Shown here one piece after another: positions 1-6,391 of a stretch of 17,455 nucleotides of DNA (position 1 is the stretch's first letter; every line of letters begins with the position of its first letter). Source of the stretch: Promethearchaeota archaeon (GTDB taxonomy: Archaea; Asgardarchaeota; Lokiarchaeia; Sigyniarchaeales; SOKP01); the NCBI GenBank assembly GCA_011364975.1, contig RDOE01000069.1, forward strand, positions 1 through 17,455, in the 5' to 3' direction. The notes below the pieces were generated by a model. The model did not search any database. It was not told where the DNA came from and was given only the letters and a program-made list of their open reading frames with translations. Made by a program: the position numbers and the translations under genes.

Positions 1-1
1 A

Positions 2-1270
2 TTCCGTTGGAACTTTTAACATCTGAGCAAGCTCCTTATTATCGGAATTTGCAACTAATGGGGTGGAAAGTACAAGGAGATCATAAGAAATGAGCACCTC
101 ATCTCCTATAAATTCATTAAATACTCTTATAAGCTTGTCTTCTACATTAGGAACACGATCTACATCATATTTTACAAAAAGAATGCCTTTTTCTCGAGCC
201 TTCCTATAATAATCTTCATATTTTGTACCTGGAGTATATAAATCTCTAAAAAGTATTGTTACATTTGCTTCAGGTTTTTGTTCCTTAATAATTAAAGCAT
301 TTTTCAACGCAGTCATGCAACAGACACTAGCACAATAAGGTCGTTTGTCGTTTCTAGAACCCGCACATTGGATCATTACAATATTTTTCGCAGTGAGTTC
401 ACTTTTCATTAAAATAGGTTCTAATTCATACTGAGTTATGACTTTTTTCCCATCGTACCTAAATAACCCTTTTGGATCAGGAAGAGTGGATCCTACAGCG
501 ACAATAATCGCTCCTACTTCTAAATTTCGAACATTATTATCTTGTACAACCTCAACCTGGTAATTTCCAACAAAACCATCAATATTTCTTATTTTTGAAG
601 AAGTCATTATCTCTAAATTTGGCGATTTTTGCACATTTGAGATCATATTTGTTATGAACTCAGAAGCAATAATGTCATGCGGAAATAATTTGTAAAGTGA
701 ATTTAACCGTCCTCCTAGTTTATCTTCTTTTTCCACTAAATAAGTTTTAAATCCTTGTCTACTCAAATTTAAAGCTGCACTCATTCCAGCAACCCCACCT
801 CCAATAACGAGCGCTGCAGGGTTGATATCTACTTTAACCATATCTAATGGCTCTAATTTAATTGCTTTTGCCACACCCATTCTTACTAAATCCATAGCTT
901 TATTATATGCTCCTTCAGCATCCTTCATATGAACCCAAGTACATTGGTCTCTAATATTCACGAAATTAAATAAATATGGATTCAATCCTGCGTCAGAAAT
1001 ACATTCTCTGAATAAAGGTTCATGAGTTCTGGGAGTGCATGATGCTACGATAACCCTATTTAAATCATGTTCTTCAACTGCAGCTTTAATAGCAGTAAGC
1101 CCAGTTTCTGAACAAGTATATAAATTATCTTCACTATGAGTTACATTCGGCAAGGTACCAGCATAATCTGCCAACTTTTTACAGTCTATTAAACCCCCTA
1201 TATTGGACCCGCAATGACAAATGAATACCCCAACTCGAACATCTTCTTCTTTTTTTTCATTTTTAGACAT
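2..1270 (-). CDS. hdrA: Heterodisulfide reductase subunit A-like flavoprotein, second copy (N-terminal Fe-S domain + FAD domain); 3' end truncated by window edge
   Basis: Not in the ORF track; translated by hand from ATG at 1270: MSKNEKKEEDVRVGVFICHCGSNIGG...YTCS...VASCTPRTHEPLF...NIRDQCTWVH...ALVIGGGVAGMSAAL...IQCAGSRNDKRPYCASVCC. Frame stays open to the window start. GGTGA SD overlapping the upstream stop lies 7 nt before the ATG. Confidence 0.95.
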   Translation of the reverse strand, partial: MSKNEKKEEDVRVGVFICHCGSNIGGLIDCKKLADYAGTLPNVTHSEDNLYTCSETGLTAIKAAVEEHDLNRVIVASCTPRTHEPLFRECISDAGLNPYLFNFVNIRDQCTWVHMKDAEGAYNKAMDLVRMGVAKAIKLEPLDMVKVDINPAALVIGGGVAGMSAALNLSRQGFKTYLVEKEDKLGGRLNSLYKLFPHDIIASEFITNMISNVQKSPNLEIMTSSKIRNIDGFVGNYQVEVVQDNNVRNLEVGAIIVAVGSTLPDPKGLFRYDGKKVITQYELEPILMKSELTAKNIVMIQCAGSRNDKRPYCASVCCMTALKNALIIKEQKPEANVTILFRDLYTPGTKYEDYYRKAREKGILFVKYDVDRVPNVEDKLIRVFNEFIGDEVLISYDLLVLSTPLVANSDNKELAQMLKVPTE

Positions 1271-1277
1271 TATTTTC

Positions 1278-2594
1278 TCACCCTCCTCTTATTACTTCCG
1301 CGGCTCTAGCGGCTGCACCACTGGCTTCCGCAACAGAACGCGGTATATCCATTGGCTCATGAACACATCCACAGGTAAAGATCCCTTGTTTACTCGTTTC
1401 TACCGGTATATAAGGGGTTGTTTTTATAAAATTATAATCATTCAATTCTATTCCTAACACTTCCGCTAACTTTTCAATACCTTGAGGGGGTACAATACAA
1501 GTAGCTAGAACCACGAGATCAACAACCATCTGCTTCATCATATTATTATCTAAATCTTCATATACAATAATCGGATTTTCCTTTGAGTCAATTCTTATTT
1601 CCGCAATTTTACTTTTGATATATTGAATATTATATTCTGAAGCACCCCTATTAAGAAATGCTTGAAAGCCTTTTCCTCCAGCTCTCATATCGATATAAAA
1701 AACATAAGATTCTAAACTATTGTCATGCTCATAGGCAATCATAGCTTCTTTTGTCGTATACATGCAACATATCGAGGAACAATACTTTTCAGCACGATCC
1801 GAACGGGAACCAATACATTGAAGAAATGCAATCTTTTTTGGTGTCTCACCGTCTGAAAATCGTTTAAGATGGCCTCCTTGGGGTCCTGAAGCACATTCCA
1901 TGCGTTCAAATTCTAATGCAGACACCACATTTCTAAATTTTCCATACCCATAATTCTTTAAGGCATCAATCTCAAAATCTTCGATTAAACTATACCCTGT
2001 AGCTACTATGATAGAACCTATATTATCTAATTTAATTACTTCATCCTGTTGCTCGAAATCGATAGCTTCTCGTTCACAAGTCTTTTCACAGATTCTACAC
2101 GCATTTTTCGTGAACCATAGGCATTTTTCTTTATCAATAGTCATGATTGCGGGAACACCCTGTAAATAATACATATATATTGCTCTGCGTTTTCGTAATT
2201 CCCGATCGAATTCGTCTTCGACTCTCATAGGGCATTTTTCAGCACACAATCCACAATTAATACATTCGCTTTCTTTTACATAACGTGCTCTTTTCAAAAT
2301 ATCAACTGAGAAATTACCAGCCTCACCTTCCACTTTCTGAACTTCAGAATAAGAATATAAGGTTATATTAGGATGTCTATAGCATTCTGATAATTTCGGG
2401 GCTAAAATGCAGATCGAGCAGTCATTTGTCGGAAAGGTTTTGTCTAATTGTGCCATTTTTCCTCCGATACAGGGCTTTTTCTCCACCATGTCCACATGAA
2501 TACCCATATCGGCTAAATCTAACGCTGCTTGAATTCCGGCAATTCCACCACCTATAACTAAAGCACTCTTTGAGGATTTTTCCAATATTCTCAC
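1278..2594 (-). CDS. hdrA: Heterodisulfide reductase subunit A-like flavoprotein, first copy (FAD domain with 2x[4Fe-4S] ferredoxin insertion; lacks the N-terminal Fe-S domain and the C-terminal ferredoxin domain)
   Basis: ALVIGGGIAGIQAALDLA FAD motif, LDKTFPTNDCSIC, CINCGLCAEKCP, C..CRICEKTC, QCIGSR...YCSSICC, GIFTCGC..P.DI. GTG start at 2594 (TTG at 2585 is an alternative). Confidence 0.95.
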   Translation of the reverse strand: MRILEKSSKSALVIGGGIAGIQAALDLADMGIHVDMVEKKPCIGGKMAQLDKTFPTNDCSICILAPKLSECYRHPNITLYSYSEVQKVEGEAGNFSVDILKRARYVKESECINCGLCAEKCPMRVEDEFDRELRKRRAIYMYYLQGVPAIMTIDKEKCLWFTKNACRICEKTCEREAIDFEQQDEVIKLDNIGSIIVATGYSLIEDFEIDALKNYGYGKFRNVVSALEFERMECASGPQGGHLKRFSDGETPKKIAFLQCIGSRSDRAEKYCSSICCMYTTKEAMIAYEHDNSLESYVFYIDMRAGGKGFQAFLNRGASEYNIQYIKSKIAEIRIDSKENPIIVYEDLDNNMMKQMVVDLVVLATCIVPPQGIEKLAEVLGIELNDYNFIKTTPYIPVETSKQGIFTCGCVHEPMDIPRSVAEASGAAARAAEVIRGG

Positions 2595-2628
2595 TTACTT
2601 ATTAGTAATATTAATTTTATTAAAAAAT

Positions 2629-3504
2629 CTAAAATGTAATCCCAATACTTTCAAATAACACACTAGGTTTAATTCGATGAAAATTAAAGCCTAATTCATC
2701 TGGGTTGAACCCAAAGGCTAGTGCGATTAATTCTGATAGATAAAATATTGGTATATTATAATCACTATCTTCTTTCTTGCTTAATTCTTTCTGATTAAAT
2801 TCATATTGTTGATAGCATGCGGGACATACCACCACCACACAATTCGCTCCTGCAGTTTGAATTGCTTTCAATTTATTCTCAATCATTAATAACGATAAAT
2901 CCTTATCCGATTTTTCCACGGGATTACCACAGCATTCCATCTTTAACTCATAATCTACTGATTCAGCACCTAATACTTTAACTAATTCATCAATAGTATT
3001 AGGCTCGAAAGGATCGTCCCATTCTATTACTTCTGAAGGCCTTAAATAATGACAACCATAATGAACTGCTACTTTGAATCCTTCTAATGGTTTTATTACA
3101 TTTTCTTTGACCTTTTCTAAATTTTCGAAAAGGATTTGAGCAAAATGTTTCACATCAGTTTGGCCTTCATATGATTTTCCAATTTTCTGTAAATAGTTAT
3201 TTACTTCTTTTTTTACTTCTAAATTTTTTCTTAAAAAATAATTAACCCCTTTTAGTGTCTCAACACAGCCAGAACAAAACGAAATTACACCCCCGTTCTT
3301 ATTACATAAGCTTAAATTTCTTGCTCCCAACGCTAACCAGGTCTTATGATCAATCTGCTCAATTCCCGTAGGATCGGGACAGCAACTAAACCCATCGACA
3401 TCGTGTAGCTCAATACCAAGTTTTTCAAAAATTTTCCGAGAAGAAACCTCCAAATAAGGCAATCTTGCTGGAATTACGCACCCTAAAAATAAATCATATC
3501 CCAT
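2629..3504 (-). CDS. hdrB: Heterodisulfide reductase subunit B (two CCG domains)
   Basis: LFLGCVIP, FSCCP, CSGC, VAVHYGCHYLRP, MECCG and VCPACYQQ motifs; lies between hdrC and hdrA. Confidence 0.95.
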   Translation of the reverse strand: MGYDLFLGCVIPARLPYLEVSSRKIFEKLGIELHDVDGFSCCPDPTGIEQIDHKTWLALGARNLSLCNKNGGVISFCSGCVETLKGVNYFLRKNLEVKKEVNNYLQKIGKSYEGQTDVKHFAQILFENLEKVKENVIKPLEGFKVAVHYGCHYLRPSEVIEWDDPFEPNTIDELVKVLGAESVDYELKMECCGNPVEKSDKDLSLLMIENKLKAIQTAGANCVVVVCPACYQQYEFNQKELSKKEDSDYNIPIFYLSELIALAFGFNPDELGFNFHRIKPSVLFESIGITF

Positions 3505-3510
3505 ACCTCT

Positions 3511-4005
3511 TCATTCCCCCTTTTTTATATTTTTCTCAAAATTGGTTTCTTTCATTATTACTTTAAGTTCATCTACCGATGCTGTCTTAATTTCGGGTAA
3601 CCCTAGTTTTTTACGACGAGCAATTATCGCATTTGAATAAGGAATTGCAACTCCATTTTCCAGAACTGCTTGCCCTTGCGAATAAAAAGCCTCCGGGCAT
3701 TTCTTGGCTTCAAAACACCTATTTTTAATCAACGTAAAAATTTCCGTTAGTTCTACCTTTTGGGGACATAATTCTACACATTTTTGGCATGTAGAACATA
3801 ACCAAGGATTTGGGTCTTGGGTCTCTACCAATTTGTCCTTCAGCCCTAAAATTGCCTCTTCTATTATCTTTCGGGGATTATAAACTCCGTTCGTAATTAA
3901 CGCGACAGGACACCCCCCAGAACAGGTAGAACATTGGTAGCAATAGCTTAACGATGCGTTATGTTTTAGCACTTCATTTCTAAATTCAAAATTTATGACA
4001 CTCAT
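3511..4005 (-). CDS. hdrC: Heterodisulfide reductase subunit C (2x[4Fe-4S])
   Basis: CYQCSTCSGGCP and WLCSTCQKCVELCP motifs, C-terminal RRKKLGLP; 6 nt upstream of hdrB. Confidence 0.93.
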   Translation of the reverse strand: MSVINFEFRNEVLKHNASLSYCYQCSTCSGGCPVALITNGVYNPRKIIEEAILGLKDKLVETQDPNPWLCSTCQKCVELCPQKVELTEIFTLIKNRCFEAKKCPEAFYSQGQAVLENGVAIPYSNAIIARRKKLGLPEIKTASVDELKVIMKETNFEKNIKKGE

Positions 4006-4101
4006 GTCTACGTCTTTTTTTCCTTCTATTTTGATTTTGTAATATTTTCTTTATTTTAAATTTTATAACAATTCAATAATACTTTTTAGTCATAATTAAG
4101 G

Positions 4102-4135
4102 AATAGGAACAAAATTCACTAGAATAGTTCCCATT
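4102..4135. promoter_or_regulatory. Imperfect inverted repeat between the Cys-rich triplet and hdrC (operator or RNA hairpin)
   Basis: AATAGGAAC (4102-4110) ... GTTCCCATT (4127-4135) with an inner ATTC/GAAT pair. A TATA-like TTATAAAA on the minus strand at 4061-4068 lies between it and hdrC. Confidence 0.4.
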
Positions 4136-4185
4136 TTTTAACAATTATCCCCTAAATTTGAAATTAATGATTGTTTTTAATAGGT

Positions 4186-4464
4186 CTATTCTAAGTGTTT
4201 CTTTAAATCAATATATATCGGGATTTTCTCTCCCTTTTTCTGGATTTCTACCTTTAATAATCCGCTCTCGATAGACGTACTAAGGAGTTCCATGCCTTCC
4301 TCTGCGGATTCTTTAATCCCGGCACGTTCGGGACGCTTAGTTTTATTTTTTAAGCAGGTGTGAGCCTCGTCATATAAGTTACAATGCGAACAACAAAATC
4401 CTACTGGCATGTACCCAACTATAGAACATTGATCGAAGTTATCGCAATTACAATTATTGCAAAT
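4186..4464 (-). CDS. Small 8-Cys protein, paralog 3 (92 aa if started at ATT 4464); probable metal or Fe-S binding
   Basis: The track ORF 4186..4410 extends upstream in frame as (I)CNNCNCDNFDQCSIVGY-MPVGFCCSHCNLYDEAHTC, aligning residue for residue with the two neighbours. ATT sits at the paralogs' Met position, 6 nt after a GGTGA SD. Start position is inferred. Confidence 0.8.
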   Translation of the reverse strand: MCNNCNCDNFDQCSIVGYMPVGFCCSHCNLYDEAHTCLKNKTKRPERAGIKESAEEGMELLSTSIESGLLKVEIQKKGEKIPIYIDLKKHLE

Positions 4465-4470
4465 ACGCCC

Positions 4471-4725
4471 TCACCTTTCTTTATTTATAGTAGGAGTAAC
4501 TGTCTCCGCTTTTTCCTTAATCTGTTGTTTGACTTTGGTTTCTGAGACAATTTTTAAATGGTCCACATTACCACTTACATATTTCGCAGCGTAAATAATA
4601 TAATTTTCGCAGGTTAGTCTATTCTCATACCCGACACATTTTTCACAACAAAACCCGATGGGCATATTACCTAGAATAGAACAGCAATGATGCATTTCAT
4701 GCATACAATCACAATGATTACACAT
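4471..4725 (-). CDS. Small 8-Cys protein, paralog 2 (84 aa, extra His/Met/Cys insert)
   Basis: MCNHCDCMHEMHHCCSILGNMPIGFCCEKCVGYENRLTC; GGAGG SD upstream; shares motif with both neighbours. Confidence 0.88.
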   Translation of the reverse strand: MCNHCDCMHEMHHCCSILGNMPIGFCCEKCVGYENRLTCENYIIYAAKYVSGNVDHLKIVSETKVKQQIKEKAETVTPTINKER

Positions 4726-4741
4726 ATTTTATCCCCCTCCA

Positions 4742-4918
4742 TTAATTAATAATCGCAATGTGCACTGGGATTTCTTCTTTCCCGAAATTCTCTTCCTTTA
4801 CAAATTCAAAACATACTTCCCGAGCCTCTTGATGAACGCATTTTGGACAACAAAATGCCACTGGGAAATATCCGACTATTGAACAGCGCTCATAATTCTC
4901 ACAATCACAGTTGCACAT
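4742..4918 (-). CDS. Small 8-Cys protein, paralog 1 (58 aa; absent from ORF track)
   Basis: Hand translation: MCNCDCENYERCSIVGYFPVAFCCPKCVHQEAREVCFEFVKEENFGKEEIPVHIAIIN*; AGGT SD-like motif upstream; stop 16 nt before paralog 2. Confidence 0.88.
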   Translation of the reverse strand: MCNCDCENYERCSIVGYFPVAFCCPKCVHQEAREVCFEFVKEENFGKEEIPVHIAIIN

Positions 4919-4946
4919 TTTTTATGACCTTTTATACAGTTTTTTT

Positions 4947-4970
4947 AATTATGATTTTTTTATCATAATT
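4947..4970. promoter_or_regulatory. Perfect 9-6-9 inverted repeat, candidate operator of the Cys-rich operon
   Basis: AATTATGAT-TTTTTT-ATCATAATT, between the TATA box (5002-5010) and the ATG at 4918. Confidence 0.6.
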
Positions 4971-5001
4971 TTTTTTGTTATTATTAAGTTAGATAAATTC
5001 A

Positions 5002-5010
5002 TATTTAAAT
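5002..5010 (-). promoter_or_regulatory. Putative TATA box of the Cys-rich operon
   Basis: ATTTAAATA on the minus strand, about 85 nt upstream of ATG 4918; the same TTTAAATA core precedes several other genes in the window. Confidence 0.5.
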
Positions 5011-5016
5011 GTGTCG

Positions 5017-5165
5017 TATTTCGATCATATCGCAATGATACCTAGACTTTTTCGACTATTTCGATCAGTCAGATGAATCGAATGAAAAATATTATTCCTT
5101 TCCGATAATCCAAACATGATTCTATGATCAACTAAGTATAAATGATCAAAAATAGTTATTGATCT
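5017..5165. repeat. Cluster of five YGATC(A/T) motifs including an 11-bp direct repeat TATTTCGATCA
   Basis: GATC at 5023, 5063, 5126, 5144 and 5161; TATTTCGATCA at 5017-5027 and 5057-5067 (40 bp apart). Confidence 0.6.
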
Positions 5166-5341
5166 GCACAAAAATGAAAATATTGACGAATCTTGCACAT
5201 TTTTTGTTGATGATACAATCATGAAAATGGTGATTTTCTTGTAGACCGAAAAATTTCGAATAAAAATTCGCAAAAGAGTAATTAACTTATGATAAATAAG
5301 AAAAGTGTGAATAGATTAATATATCATGAAAAGGTGGATTT

Positions 5342-5575
5342 ATGGAATATCCTGGCAATATATTTCATATGAAAAAGACAGCCAAATACTTTTTTTTACC
5401 TGCAATGGTAATGTTAATATTATTAATTCTAGTTTTTTATAGTAATAGTTATAAATCAATTAAAGCGCTCGGACTTGAGATCGTGGGTAATGCAATTGTA
5501 GGCATGATTATAGCGCTAATAGTTTTAACAACTATGATGTGGATTTACTTTAATATAAAACGTAGAAATGAATAA
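5342..5575 (+). CDS. Small membrane protein (2 TM helices), unknown function
   Basis: Two long hydrophobic stretches with basic flanks; GGTGG SD-like motif before the ATG (ATG at 5369 is an alternative). Confidence 0.65.
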   Translation: MEYPGNIFHMKKTAKYFFLPAMVMLILLILVFYSNSYKSIKALGLEIVGNAIVGMIIALIVLTTMMWIYFNIKRRNE

Positions 5576-5669
5576 TTTTGAAACACTATAATTAAGCATA
5601 CCAATTAATAACAATTCTTCTTCATAATAAAATTAAAAAAAATATAAAAAAAAGTTTAGAAATTTGCAA

Positions 5670-6068
5670 TTATTTTTTTTCTTCTCTTATATAGAAAAAG
5701 ATGTCAAAAATTAACAATACAATCATAACGGTTGTATCAAGCCAATGAAATACAAGATTTGTTGCTGTACGTATTATATAGGTATTGGATGTGAGATTAA
5801 CGAGGATTAAAATTATCAAAAATGTTATTGCATATAACATCAACAATTTTACTTTTTCCCAGTCTCCCATTTTCAATCCAACTATTCCGGCGATTCCTAT
5901 TGCGAACAATATTCCCCCAAAAAGTCTCCAGAAATGAGGATCGAAAAATGGGGCTTCATTTACAGAATAGACCGTCTCAGGGAGGAATAGGTACATTATA
6001 CCATAGATGAAAGCGACGATAATATGAACTATTAATAAAATTTTATACTCTCTAGACATTTCTGCCAT
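5670..6068 (-). CDS. Four-TM membrane protein, unknown function
   Basis: Four hydrophobic segments, P..F.DPH..R.FGG motif; GGTG SD upstream. Confidence 0.85.
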   Translation of the reverse strand: MAEMSREYKILLIVHIIVAFIYGIMYLFLPETVYSVNEAPFFDPHFWRLFGGILFAIGIAGIVGLKMGDWEKVKLLMLYAITFLIILILVNLTSNTYIIRTATNLVFHWLDTTVMIVLLIFDIFFYIREEKK

Positions 6069-6391
6069 AAATATTACACCTTGAGGTTTGTGGTTAGATT
6101 AGATTTCTGAGGAATATTAATTCATAGGAGTATAAAAATGTTAACAAAAATGTAAAGATAATATCTCCCTAGTAATATTACATGAAGTTCAATATTACTA
6201 CTTGGTGCTTTATAGAAGGTTATTATACACAAAAAACTTTAAATACGCTATAATTAAAAAATATCCTTAAGAAAATTAAAATCTCATTTATTAAACAAAA
6301 CTGTGTTTTGGTAAGCAAAGTTGTAATCAATAGGTTTTGCAGAATTCTTTTTAATAAAACACACACTCATAAATAAGGTGGTTTATGAAAT

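Noticed and set aside
1271-1280. TGA read-through or frameshift fusing the two hdrA genes
   Set aside because: The genes are in different frames and the second has its own GGTGA SD and ATG.
1221-1457. 78-aa plus-strand ORF
   Set aside because: Antisense shadow of the two hdrA genes; no recognisable features.
2400-2430. Possible selenocysteine site in HdrA (position that is Sec in some archaeal HdrA)
   Set aside because: The motif is encoded as TNDCSIC with TGC codons; there is no in-frame TGA in either hdrA within the window.
5025-5273. 82-aa minus-strand ORF
   Set aside because: TTG start, no motif, unnatural composition; it covers the divergent promoter region with the GATC array, which explains the sequence better.
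5822-6010. 62-aa plus-strand ORF
   Set aside because: Antisense to the 4-TM protein gene.
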